Positions 11,500-24,295 of a stretch of DNA of 64,000 bases are shown here, piece by piece. Below the pieces are notes generated by a model, which worked only from the letters and a program-made list of their open reading frames with translations, had not been told where the DNA came from and made no database searches. The stretch comes from Octopus bimaculoides (Eukaryota), in assembly GCF_001194135.2 (NCBI RefSeq), contig NC_068981.1:57729092-57793091 (forward strand). The letters run 5' to 3'. Within the stretch, counting starts at the first letter, position 1; each line of letters starts with the position of its first letter. Both the position numbers and the translations under genes were made by a program.

Positions 11500-12180
11500 A
11501 GAGAAAGTAATGGGCATAGTGTTAAGTATGGGGCCAAGAGGAAATGGGAGTAGTGGACAGAACAAAGGTGACAAGAGGTGGAGAGATGAGTAGGTTAAAG
11601 AAACCTTAGCAAACTCTAAGGAGCAGAGGCCATTACAGTAGCAATAAAAAAGACAGAGAAAGGAAACAGCATGCCCGAGAGGAAGTGTTGTACAGTATGT
11701 AATTGTGTGTTGAGTAGTTGCGATGTGGTAGTGGTCAGATGACCAAACAGGTGCAGATACAGTTTGTTACCGGTTAGGTTTTGAGGTGAGAAAGAAATCA
11801 AAGGCATTTGAGATGTTTGTGTGTTGGTCTGGAGTGCCAATGGAAGATGAAACAAGTTAACATAAGAGTTAAGAGTAGTAAAGGATTCAGTTTCTGCACT
11901 GGTAGCATTGGTGTGGGATGAAGTTGAGAGCTATGAGGAGTTGCAAGTGATGAGGTCACCAAGGATGATGATCAGAGTTGTTAGTTGAGGAATTTGGAGA
12001 GTGATAGAGGGAGTAGATGTATTTGGAGAAATGAGAATAAACTTTGAGCCAGAGTAACTGGATGTCTTTCTTGGAGAGGTAGACTTTCTGTGCCCTACAA
12101 AAGTAGAAGAACAAGAGAAAAGTTTTAGGGAGAAAAGAAAAAGGAAAAAGAAGTAAATGAAGTTTTAGTAATAGACTTGA
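11500..12180 (-). mobile_element. Decayed CR1/Jockey-like LINE endonuclease fragment
   Basis: Minus-strand remnants such as 'YSLYHSPNS', 'FDFFLTS' and 'SAPVWSSDH' resemble AP-endonuclease motifs, with many stops. Confidence 0.55.
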
Positions 12181-12233
12181 AAAAAAAAAAAGACAAAAGA
12201 ACACCTTATTCTACAAAACTAAAATTAACTTAC

Positions 12234-12293
12234 ATTTTTCACTGCTGGTGACACATTATAGTCTTCGAATGACTTCTTAGCATTTGATTCAAT
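12234..12293 (-). CDS. AASS: AASS coding exon 9 (60 nt)
   Basis: Reads IESNAKKSFEDYNVSPAVKN. Strong poly-T acceptor (ttttttcaacag), donor GTAAGT, phase 0/0. Length and position fit the AASS segment before 'VITSNG'. Confidence 0.9.
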
Positions 12294-12877
12294 CTGTTGA
12301 AAAAAAAAAAAATAATTACAAAAGGACATAAAAAGAAAACAAAAAGTACAGCCTTAAATATATATTTTCAAGAATAGATATTGAAAATTACTTTATACTG
12401 TATCAATATAAATGCTGTGATGATAAAATATTTGTATTATACAAACTTTAAATGTGTAAAGATTAACTGCTATTGCTGTGAATGGCTTATAAAAATCCAT
12501 TTACTTTTTCACACTATGCATGAAGAAAATAATAACATATCCATCCTAACAGTTTAGTTAAAGTATGTGATCAAGAAATAACATGAAATCTGCTTTATTG
12601 AAGTAACTGCATAAAGTCTACTTCCAAGCAATTTCAAATTTTATTTCATTTTGTTAAACTAAGCAGCTTGCAATTTAAAAAAAAAAAATTTCAAAACTGT
12701 TCAATGCTGAATTAAAATTAAAAAGGTAATTATTTGTTTCACAGGGTAATACAATGTAAATTAATAACCTTTCGCAATTTGTGTAAAATAGCTAGAAAAA
12801 CATCTATTGTCTAGTGTCAACAACGAAATACTTTTTTGATGTATTCATTTCCACAAGCATCTCACAAATATATAGCC

Positions 12878-13258
12878 ACTGGCATAATTGTGTGGTTAAG
12901 ATGCTCAATTAGAAACCACATGGTTTCAGGTTCAGTTCCACTGCATGGCATCATGGGCAAGCGTCTTCTACTATAGCCCCAGACTGACCAATGCCTTGTG
13001 AACGAATTTGGTAGATGAAAACTGTGTGGAAGCCCACTGTGTGAGTGTGAGTGTGTATGTGTGTGTATCGCCCACCACACTGCTTGACAACTGGTATTGG
13101 TTTGTTTACATCTTTTTAACTTAGCAGCTCAGCAAGAGACTGATAAAATAAGTACCAGACTTTAAAAATATATACTGAGGTTGATTTGTTTGACACCCTC
13201 CAAGGTAGTGCCCCAGCATGGTTGCAGTCCAATAACTGAAACAAGTAAAAGATAAAAC
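12878..13258 (+). mobile_element. tRNA-derived SINE
   Basis: Head gtgtggttaag...ggttcagttcc and body shared with the copies at 6741 and 23636. Confidence 0.8.
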
Positions 13259-14289
13259 GTGATGTATACATGTACACAGTAGATGCCAGATCACTGGTTA
13301 AAAAGCTCAGCAACTTGTAATTATTTTGATAAAAATATACACAAAAATTAAAATACCCAATATTTTATTTGCTTATTTAGAATTGAATTTCCATTATCAT
13401 CATTTTTACACACTAGTATGGGTTGGAGGAGTTATCTAAGTCCAAGTCACTTCCTTTTTTTTTTTTTTGAGCTATTCCCATACAGGTTGGAGATCACATC
13501 AAGCTTGTATGTTCCACTTTGGCATGGTTTCCATGGCTGAATGCTTTCTTCTTATCAGCCAACCTCATTACAGAGTGCACTGAGAACATTTCAATGTGAT
13601 ACAAGCACTAAAAGCCCTCTCTTGTCTACAGCAATACTAAAGAGTTATCTTGGTACTGCACTATCTTTGTTCTTTCAGAGGCACCAGGGAGCTTGCTTAA
13701 TCACCAGTAAGGTTGCAGAATCCCTTTCTCTCTGCATTGTACTGGTTTGCTGGTTCCTTTCTTTCTCCTAGAACTCTGGTAAGAAAAGAATCAGTGTGGT
13801 AGAAGCAAGGGGGTGGCAGAAGACAGTAATTAGGGAGAGACACAAGTATTTTGGTGAGGGAGGGAAAAGAGATGCAAGACAGCAAGATAGATGAAGACCA
13901 GAGAGGAGTTCAGTAGAGAGTAGCAAAGATGGTTGATGGCATATGAACACATTAGGCGAAAGACACTCAAATGTAGATATTTTACATCCCAACCTCTATC
14001 ATCATTTTTGAATATTTGTTTTCTATGCTTGTGTAGGTTGGGAGAGTCTTCATCATTGCAGCATTTTGCCACTCATAATCCTTTGTCATCTCCTTCATCA
14101 GGCTTATGCTTTTGAAATCAATCTCCACCAGTTAATCATATCTTCTTTAGTACCCCCTCTTCCACAAGTTTTGTCCACTCAGAGTACCTGGCACTTTTTT
14201 TTTTTCATATAAGTGACATCCTTCATGCACATTACATACCTATATCATGTACTAATGTCTCTTTTGTATAATAATTTGGCTCTTCTTAT

Positions 14290-16420
14290 ATCAACTCATT
14301 TGTGCTCCATTGAATATGCACATTAGCATTATTAGAAATAGTGACATACACTGGTTTCATCTCTTCCTAGCTTTTACAAATCCTCCATTCATAGTTCATG
14401 TCTTATCATGCAATATCACATTTCATACCCAAGCGTTATACAATCTACTCTTTATGCTGAGAGAGAAACTTTTTGTTACCAGTAGAAGTAATAGCAACGT
14501 ACTCTGAATTTACCCTTCCTGTACTAACACCATCCACCCTTATTGCTAATAATATCACTTAGGTAACAAAAGATACCAACCATTTCTAGGGAACCTTCTG
14601 AGCTTTTAAAAGAATTTATTTCACATGTACTCTTACTGCAAACTACTATTGTGCATCTGGTACATACAAAGTCTACCTGTGATCTCACTTCTTGCGAACT
14701 TGTACTTTACACTGGGTACACCATACAAAATTCTTACTTTTTTTCTAAGCACTGAGCATGGCCACTTCTCCAATGGCAGTAACAGCTTTTTTTTTCTTTA
14801 CTCTTGTTAGTTAAAACAGTCATTGCGAGTTTTATTTTGAGGCATCTTAAGTCTCAGCTTATTTGTCTATCCCTGCAGTAGACTTTCTTCAGGTTGACAA
14901 AAGCTAGACTTCTGTAGTTGTTTTGCAAGAATGAGAGCATCTATCATATCCCATTTAGGCATAAACATGAGGTGCATCTTATCTAGAATAATGCTCTTCC
15001 TATCAGTTATAATTCTTTCAATAACTTCCATAACCTTGTTCATCAATTTGATGCCTTCTCCTTACCCCTTGTAGCAACTGATGATGATACTGCTATAGTA
15101 ATCATTAGGAAGACATTTCTCTATACTGATTAATTCTGGGTGAGATTAGCATGACCTACTTCATCAGATACATTCAGCTTCTCAGTATAGTCCAGTTGCC
15201 TTCATCATTGTTCTTAATCATGCTTTTCATAGTACTATGTTCAACTTTAATGGTTGGTATTTCTGTTGGGTCAAATTGGAGGCAGGTCCTTTCGTTCCCA
15301 TGAATTCTCCTTACCAAGCAATCTCTGCTTTGTAGCATTTCCACGCCTCTTTCATTTTGGCATCAATGAAGGCAAATGCACTGCTACCATTCTGTATACA
15401 CAACTGCTTTTCAATCTAGAACTGTTCACATTTCTGATTCTTACACCACAGACTATGTGGCAACTTCTTACTTTCAGCTTCTTTCTTCACAAAGTATACC
15501 TAATTTCTAGCTTCTCTCTTAGCAATTCGATATTGTTCTTTACTCCCTTCTTTCTTCCAAACCTTTTAGGCTTAAATCTTAACTTTTATTTCATTCTCTT
15601 AGATAATATTCTACTGGCAAGTTACTTTTTGTCTTGGAACTGTAAACCATCCATAGACCTGGTCTGTGACTTTCAGTAGGTTGCCTCATAGAAACCCTCA
15701 GTTATTTCTACCAGCTTTTTCTGGTCATATGATTTGACTGCTATTTCACTGAACCCACATCTGGCTGAAGAATCTTTCAGCTTTCATATTTTTCACCAAG
15801 CTGTATTGTGTCTCTGATTCTAACTCTTATCTTCACCAGTCACTAGTCTATGTTAAGTGGTAAATTCACCACAAAAGAAGTTCTTAATGCTCACAACTTG
15901 TTGCCTGTTCGATTTCTTAGTGAAAATATGTAGTCTATTTGACTTGAGCATCCATCTGACTGGTGATCAGATGGCTTACTGGTTTCTGAAATTAGTGTAG
16001 GTCATTTACAGCACAGAACTCCAGGAACCTTGGTCTTCCCTATTTCCTTGTACCATATTCATAAACTCCTATGCTGGAGAAGCCAATAACATGTCCATTA
16101 AAGTCATCTGCTGTGGAAACCAGTTCTAATTGTATTATATATGCAGAGATAATGTTGCTGTTGTGTTGTCCATCATAACTTCATTATTCTACAAGGTGTC
16201 AGACAACTTCAGTTACTTGATCTCACCATTTCTTAGCCAACAATATGACTATTCCATTTGTTCTATTACTGGTGCCCTCCCAAAAGAATTTATGTTTCTT
16301 GCTTGCAACAAATCTAGCTGAGACTTGTGTACATAGCACGCATCTACTCGTTGCCATTCCAATATCTCTACAATCTCTCTATACCCATCTTTCTTGATGC
16401 TAATATTAATGCTAGCAGGT
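14290..16420 (-). mobile_element. Old, highly decayed RTE LINE fragment
   Basis: Collinear similarity to other RTE copies in the window (e.g. aatttgatgccttc...cttacccctt-gtagcaact, the 'NYRGIKLL' region on the minus strand). No long ORF. Confidence 0.65.
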
Positions 16421-17544
16421 ATAAAGTTTCAAACCTTACAGGAAGAGGGGTGTTTCCAGTGGTGGGTGGGTTTGCTTATTTTCTGCTCTGAAAGGAAGAG
16501 TATTTGTGCAATTGTTTGATGATGGTCAAGGGGCTCTTACACATAGCCAGAGATTTCCACCTAATCAATAATTATTACCAATCACTAAGGTCCTACTGGA
16601 GACTGGAATATATGTAAAATGTCCAGACAAGGATACTGACAGATCTCATCTAAGTCCATAGATAATGATCACTGTTGATAAACATGTTTTCCATGCTGGC
16701 ATGGGTTGGATGGTTTGACAAGAGCTAGCAAGCTAGAGGACTGTGTCAAGCTCAATTGTCTGCTTTAGCATGGTTCCTACAGCTGGATGCACTTCCTAAT
16801 GCCAACCTCTTTACAGAGCATACTGAGTGCTCTTTTTCATGGCACCAACACTGGCAGGGTCACCAAGTAACTTGCAAAACAAAAACCTCTTGACTGAGAG
16901 GAGAAATAGCATTGAGTGAGGTGACTTTGTGTCAGTGGATGAAAGATTAAAAATAATAATAAAAGGCTAGAGACAGGTGTCTTACTGTAGAAGAGATACA
17001 AGGATACCCCAGTTGAAAAAGAAAAGAGAGACAGTCTTAGAAACAAAGACTGAGAGGGAGAGAATAAGAGAGATGATGGTGTTGATGTATCAAGACATAC
17101 CCTAAAGGTACAGTGGGTGGGGGTGAATATGTGAAATGATACAGAGGAGTGGACTGGATGAGTGGGCAAGGGGGACAGAGGATGAAAGTTCATAAGAATG
17201 AGAGGAGAGATGGTTAGAGATGGGACAGAGATGAAGCAAAAAATGGTGAGAGATACAAATGGCGCAGTGGGGGTTATGTGAGGGCAACAGGCATGATAGC
17301 AGACAAAAGAAGTGTTAAGATGGAGTATAGCAGAGGGGAGAGATCAATGGCTGAAGGCACTGAAAGAAGGTGATTGGTGGAAACAATGGGACAAGGAAGA
17401 TAATGAGAAATGGAAGTGGTTCAGTTGGAAGAGGAAGGGAACCAAAGGGAGGAGATGTAGTACATGTTTACTCTGCCCTCAGGTGATTATTGTAGCCAAA
17501 AAATACCAGAGAGAAATGATGACTATTAGGAGATGAGTGACAGA

Positions 17545-18090
17545 GAAATTAAGGTGAGACAGAGCCCTGCACATACAAGCATTTACCAAGGTGATTTTAG
17601 GATAGCAATTCTATTGTGGTGGAAGGGTGTTCTTGAGTACACCAAAGCACCAGACATTTCAGTCCTTTGCCATTTCTTCCATAAGGCTCAGCATTTTCAG
17701 ATCGACCTGCAAAACTTCATCCCATGTCTTACTTTTTTTCTAGTTCTTTTATAGATTCTATTATGAGAGCAAGATCATCAGCATAAAGTAGTTCCCATGA
17801 GCAGTTAGTCTTAAATTCCTCTGCTATGGCCTGGAGGATGATGATGAATAGGAGAACCAAATCCTGGTGAACATCTACCTGTACACTAACTTTGTCATGG
17901 TTAACTGTTACCTTATTCAGAGTACTCCTATACATGGCTTGTACAGCTTTCACAAACCATTTGTCTATCCCTAGCTTCCTCAGAGACTACTATATCCCAG
18001 AATGAGGTACTATGCCAAAGGCTTTCCCCAGGTCAACAAATGCCAAGTACAACAGTTTATTCTTAGCTAATACTTCTGAAGTTGCCTGAA
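17545..18090 (-). mobile_element. RTE LINE RT fragment
   Basis: ORF 17729..17953 reads MKAVQAMYRS...VQVDVHQ...WELLYADDLALIIES, containing the YADD RT motif. Confidence 0.85.
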
Positions 18091-19570
18091 TATGAAGAAA
18101 GTATGTGTGTATTCTTTAAGATATTGTGTGTGTATGTGTGTATATACACACACGCACATGGCACCCAGCTATAGAAACCATGCCAAAATAGACAACAGAA
18201 CTTGGCATAACCCTCTGGCTTGCCAACTCTTGTTAAACCGTCCAACCTATGCCAGCATGGCAAACTGACATTAAATGATGACGATGATGATATTTATAGG
18301 GAAGGCAGTCAATCAATAGACTGTCTTCAGAGCACAACTTGTCAAAAGAATTTAATAATGATAGATTTCATGGAAATTGATGTGAAGTAGAAAGAGGTGT
18401 GGGCACACTGGTAAGAATGAAATACACTTGTTTTTTTCCTTTAAAAATAAATAAATCTTAATCTCTAACACTCTAAAGCCATTTCTAAGACATTTCAACC
18501 TTACACATGATAATAGCAGCAATGAAGCAACTGATAAATATATGGATAAGAGTTTCTTATCTTATTCACACGTCATAGTAGTAGTCATTGTACACAAATG
18601 CAAGATGGCTATATTTATTTATCTTACTGGCTTGAGTTTAAAGAATTACTATAAACCTTGAGTTTCAGTTAATTGCAGTCAATATAGTAACTAACATTCA
18701 AGGTATACAAAGATAAAAAAAAAAGCAAAGGAATCCTCTGAAAGCATTTGTAAACAACTGGTTCTGGCAAAAAATGTCTACCGTGCCAAATTCTTTCATT
18801 TAAGCATTGCTATTTTTTGACTCAGTAGCCACTGAAATTATCAGTTTGTTCTATAAAAACGTTTTTACATTTCTTATGCATTTTTGAAAGTGATAAATAT
18901 ATCCTCATCTGAATTCCATAATTTAACCTAAAAAGTCACTCTGAAAAATGTTAGTACACAAAAAAGAGAATGCCACAGAAAAACTATCAGTAATAAATTT
19001 CATGCTTTCCCAGCTATTTCTTTTTTTAACTTTCAAACTGACAAAATGAGAACATTTTCATAAATACTAACCAGTGAAGGAGAATGTTGAAAAAGATTTT
19101 TTTATAAGAAATCAAAATTCTAACTTGAATTAAAAACACAATGTAAAAATCTGAAATTTGAATTCAAATCAATAAAGTCTTTCATTTTTCAAATATTTCC
19201 TTGAGTTTCAATTTAAGTTCAAATTTTAGTTCAATTTATGAGAAAAAATAAAACATGCCTTATATCAAATTCAATGAGAAAGATGAAAAATGCGTCTGAT
19301 ATAAGAAATGGAAAATGAATGCAGTAGAATTCATCTCATTCTAACATGCGGACCAGTGGGAAAATGCAAGAAATGAAAAATAGGTAAACTGGGTCAACTA
19401 AAAATTGAACTGGTATTGCAGGTAGATTTTAAAAACGACCACTATCACTATAGTTTTCACACCATTACTACAGTACAATATTGTAAATTTGATCTTAAAT
19501 GCAACTAAGTCAAGTTGTAAGGACAATGATGGGAAACAAAGAAGAAACTTTGTACAAAACATTTACAAAC

Positions 19571-19682
19571 CATGTCATAAACATGAGGCAAAAGTTGACC
19601 TCCAAAAAAGTCTGTAGCTTCTCGTGGTATTTGAGCTGGCATGTTGCTAATTGAACAAATCAGAACACCATCACCTGCAAAA
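19571..19682 (-). CDS. AASS: AASS coding exon 8 (112 nt)
   Basis: Reads (S)FAGDGVLICSISNMPAQIPREATDFFGGQLLPHVYDM. Acceptor aatgttag (weak), donor GTTTGT, phase 2/0. This is the only acceptor that keeps the frame open. Confidence 0.94.
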
Positions 19683-20320
19683 CTAACATTTGTACAATCT
19701 AGAATTATAACTATAGTTTGTTTTTTAAAACATTGAAAATAGAATAAATTTATAATGTACCAATACTAATGATTTCCAAGAAGAAACAATATACAAATAT
19801 TAGCACTGTAACCTTTAAGAATACAACTTAGCAATTAATAGCACCTGAACCTCATACACTATAGTTAAAATATTAGTATCATATAAAAAAAATTTAGCAA
19901 GCATCATGCAAAGCTTACAATAAAAATCTATATCATATTAGTACACAATATACTACACTAGTATCGCAACACTTGGTATTACTGTATATCATTTTAACAT
20001 CATTCAAACATTTAACAATGGATACATTATAAATATTCAATTATCATTCAATAACAGTCAATATCACAATAGGTTCACACCCAGCACTCAGTAAAAATAA
20101 TCCTAACATTACCATATCAATTCACTATAGTTTCTTCATTATAAAAATAACTTTTTTATCAGTTTTTTTTTCTGTGGACGGTTTTAGCAGCAACAGTCCT
20201 TTTTTGTCATTCAATATCATAATTGTACCTAAATTTTACTTAACTGTAACACCTTCAGATAAGCCTGAAATACTAGTATCTCCATGTCTCATAGCAACTG
20301 AACTCACTAAACTCTCGTCC

Positions 20321-20480
20321 TCATCATCATCGTTTAACGTCCGTTTTCCATGCTGGCATGGGTTGGACGGTTTGATTGAGGGCTGGAGAGCAAGCTGCTG
20401 CACCAGGCTCCAATCTGGTCTGGCAATGTTTCTACAGCTGGATGCCCTTCCTAATGCCAACCGCTCTGAGAGTGTAGTGG
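20321..20480 (-). mobile_element. RTE/SINE 3' tail copy
   Basis: Starts catcatcatcgtttaacgtccgttttccatgctggcatggg. Same family as the minus copies at 27470, 31381, 40477, 43825, 46170 and 50020 and the plus copies at 18150, 29020, 38885 and 43450. Confidence 0.85.
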
Positions 20481-21133
20481 ATGCCAATTCATAAGTTTGA
20501 GCATTTTACCATATGCTTAAATAGCCTTTCTCATTATACCCTTACCATTAGTATAATTCTTGTGAGAAGCTTAACTTTCAAAGATCTAATTAACCTTTAG
20601 TTGCTTTCATAAAGGAGAATGCAAACTGAATTACATTGGCGTGTATTTCTTGATTGGAAAGAAGAAAAAAAAAGGGAGTTTTTAATTTCAGAGAATGTGA
20701 TCTTAAAGTGGTAAGAACATGCATCTATTGATGCAACAGGTTTAAATTTAACCAACTTTCCAGTCATATTAGAGTGAAATGACAATGCTGAAGACCTGAA
20801 AAATCATGTATGGCAAATAACCATCTTACATCAGCATATTTTGATGATTCCCTATTTAAATAGGGGCTAGTGGACAGGGTAAAGCCCACATTCTCAAGCC
20901 AGTGTTGGGCAATGACCTAGTAATAAGCTCAACACTGAATCAATTTAGACATGAGGTGATGTCTCCCAGACCCATAGAAGCTAGTCGAATGAATCCATCA
21001 ACAAGAGATGTCTAATCTGGGTTCTTATATGTCATTGTGCTCAAATGGAACTGATATATTTTCCATACAGATTCCCTTGGTAAGGTCAAGTGTTGGTGAA
21101 ACATTTGAAGAGTCATAAATGTAACCAAATTAC

Positions 21134-21408
21134 CTTTCTGTTTCCATATGTTGCTCAGCATCGTAAAGGCAAAATGGATGATCAATTGTGGTACATTCCT
21201 TCATGAATTCTATTGAGCCTCCAGGATCGGCAGAGATATCACAGATAGCAAGCAAACGATGGGGAAGAAGTGGACAGCCTTGCATGGATGATAGCCATGG
21301 TGTTGCAGCTGGTTTCAATAAGTTCTTGGCATCGGGGATGGTTATAAGTCGAGGAGTGTTTACAGACCAGTAGATACCATTTACTATGCAAGAGGCATAT
21401 GGTGCTAT
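21134..21408 (-). CDS. AASS: AASS coding exon 7 (275 nt)
   Basis: Reads [91 protein letters not shown] + AG (matches ORF 21130..21456). Acceptor aactttcag, donor GTAATT, phase 0/2. Confidence 0.97.
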
Positions 21409-22062
21409 CTGAAAGTTTGAAAGATATATAACAATATAATTTACTTGATAAAGCAAGGATTGCTTTTCAGTTAGACAATGTAAGAAATATGTTGCTGACC
21501 AAAGACTTAGATTACAAAATAAATCAAATAGAAACTACAGCTTCTACTGCTACTACTATCACCACCTCAACAATTCATATGTGTTGTTCATAACATATGA
21601 GGCAAAAAACACTATTGAGCTCAAGTTTCCACAGTATTATCTCCTATGCAGCTTGATCTTGTGCCAGTCCACAATTGATATCCAGACATTTCAGGTTACT
21701 GCTGACATTCTCTATCCAACATTTCTTCAACTGACCTAAGTGATGGACAGAAGATGCTGTTGTTCTGTAAGCTGAGCATCTTTTTTTAGCCATTTATTCT
21801 TACGCACTACATCATTCTCCATCTGATACCAGTTCAACTTCAAACATACTTAAATGATGTCTTGGTTCAGATAAGGAATACTCAAATGATTTTGTAAAGC
21901 AGACTGTAATCACACTTGTCATTTCAAGTGAGGTAGTTTAAAATAAAAATATTATCTACCTTGTATGCTTGAAAACAGGTTCAGCAGTTTATGAATTAAC
22001 TAAAATTTTATGTAAAAGATATATAAATAATATTATATGCAAAGTAAATGATACATCAATAT

Positions 22063-22400
22063 GTGAAGGTGCACAGCTCAGTGGTGAGAACATTGAGCTC
22101 ACAATCATGAGGTAGTGAGTTGATTCCCGGGCTGGGCTGTGTGCTGTGTTCTTGAGCAAAACACTTTATTTCACATTGCTGCAGTTCACTCAACAGTAGA
22201 AATGAGTTGCGACATCACTGGTGCCAAGTTATATCAACCTTTGCTTTCCTATCGTTAGTGAAAACATCCCCAATAATGGGAGAATATTATCTTGTTTGGG
22301 AACAAGTGAGAACTGGTGACAAGTAGGGCATCTGGTCATAGAAAATTGCTTCGACATATTTTGTCTCTCCATGCAAGCATAGAAAAGTGTATGTTGAAAT
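22063..22400 (+). mobile_element. Second tRNA-derived SINE family (composite)
   Basis: Head gctcagtggtgagaacatt...gagttgattccc (A/B boxes), then gttcttgagcaaaacactttatttcac. The 3' part resembles the RTE-type tail. Confidence 0.6.
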
Positions 22401-22456
22401 GATGATGGTGACTTTAAAAAGGAATAAAAAAAGATTTTATTTTGATGCTTACTTAC

Positions 22457-22584
22457 TTTATGACTAAAGACTGAAATATATCTTTCTGGATGAGCTTCAA
22501 ATTCTTCTGCGTCAAAAGAACCTTCATCTTTTCGGACAAAATGATCTTCTCGACTGACTACACAAGCATAAAGTTTGTTTGTGA
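22457..22584 (-). CDS. AASS: AASS coding exon 6 (128 nt)
   Basis: Reads (V)TNKLYACVVSREDHFVRKDEGSFDAEEFEAHPERYISVFSHK. Acceptor tttttattacag, donor GTAAGT, phase 1/0. Confidence 0.96.
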
Positions 22585-23025
22585 CTGTAATAAAAACAAT
22601 AAAATTACAAATATTTCTCTATATAATTTTATTTCTACGTGAGTGTATTATTGAGAGGGAGAGTAAGATAGAAACACACATATACAAACAAATAGATAGA
22701 TATTAGATATTAACAGAATCAAAATGAGGATGATATCTATTTTAAATAGTGTTTAATGTGTGAGATCAGAAGAAAATGAATTTTAGGATATATAAATATA
22801 TTGCAACAGAGGCCAAATCATTTTCCTTCAGTCTGAAATCTTATACTTCATAGTTTTCATATAGTTCTTTATTTTATAGTTAAGGCCATGCTGGAATATC
22901 ATCTTCTGTCTAAAGATTTTTACAAAATACATTTCTGCATTCTTTTCAGATATTAAAAACAAACTAACAAAAAAAACCTCAGATTGTGTACTGCTATAAA
23001 TAACTGACCAAAAAAACACACTAAC

Positions 23026-23104
23026 CTCCTTGTTGTACAACTTTAGGTAAGTGTTCTGGTTCAATGTATTCAAATGGAAGTTCTTGGAATACCTCTTGTG
23101 CCCC
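23026..23104 (-). CDS. AASS: AASS coding exon 5 (79 nt)
   Basis: Reads GAQEVFQELPFEYIEPEHLPKVVQQG + 1 nt. Acceptor ttttgtag, donor GTTAGT, phase 0/1. Confidence 0.95.
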
Positions 23105-23635
23105 CTACAAAAACAAAACACCAAGCAGAAAATAATTAGTTATTTCTTTGTACAAAAAATACTCAAGAGTTATAGCAGGATAAGTTGATAGGGTACTTTC
23201 TGTGTGATGGGTCATTGACAAATATGTTTAACTTTTAGAGGCCCAATTCACATAGTCTTAGATTTACATCAAGGGGAGGTACATTTCTCTAGTATGAACC
23301 AAAAAATGTATAACTTGAACTCATAAAATTGCATGCAACAAATCCTGCAATAATTCTGGAGAGGAAACTAGTGACATTCTGCATCATTAAAAATGCAATA
23401 TAAATAGCTCAAACAGTGGAATATGTTTTAAGCCGAGAGAAACCTAACAGAGAGAGGGTAAAAATAAGTTCTTAACATCAGGACACACACAAGTGAAAAT
23501 TAAAAATATCACGCCAGCATATTCTCCTTTGAATAATAATAAAAGGACAGTTTTCAGAAATGTCAAAACAACTCTATGAAATATTGGCAAGTATCTACAT
23601 CCAATTGGGTTGAAAGCATACCACTAAAGGATTTA

Positions 23636-24040
23636 GGAGTAGGTGTGGCTATGTGATTAAGAAGTTTGCTTCTCAACCACATAGTTTTGGATTCAGACAC
23701 ATTGCATGGCACCTTGGCTAAGTGTCTTCTACTACAGGCACAGGTCAACCAAAACCTTGTGAGTAGATTTGGAAGACAGAAACTGAAAGAAGCCTGCAGT
23801 ATTTGTGTTTCCTTGTCTTGATATTGCATGATCATTATAAATGAATATGATTCATTTCCAATATTCTACGAAAACATTACTGGCCATGAGGAAATACTAC
23901 CTTGCTTGGAAGCAGGTAAGAGTTGGCAACAGGAAGGACATCCAGTTGTAGAAAGTCTGCCTTAATAAACTCCATCTGACTCAAACAAGCATGGAAAAGT
24001 GGACATTAAAATGACGATGATGATCATCATCATCATCATC
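23636..24040 (+). mobile_element. tRNA-derived SINE ending in the RTE-type (GAT)n tail
   Basis: Head as in the copies at 6741 and 12878. 3' end ...ggacatccagttgtagaaa...agcatggaaaagtggacattaaaatgacgatgatgat matches the RTE 3' terminus. Confidence 0.8.
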
Positions 24041-24295
24041 TTGCAGTGTATGTAGGGAAAGTCACCTTGTAAGAGGAAACTATATCCTTTTTCAAAAGTA
24101 TATTCAGGACATTAGTGAACCTATCAATTTTACAGAATAGGTTACAGAAATAGCTAATCATAGCTAGATGAACTGAATCATATCAGAATTAAATGTCTTA
24201 GTAAAGGATATCATGCTGAACAAATGGCAAGATACAAACCACCATCAAGTCAGTTAGTTATCCACTCCCTTACCTACTTTACAAACACTGCCATC

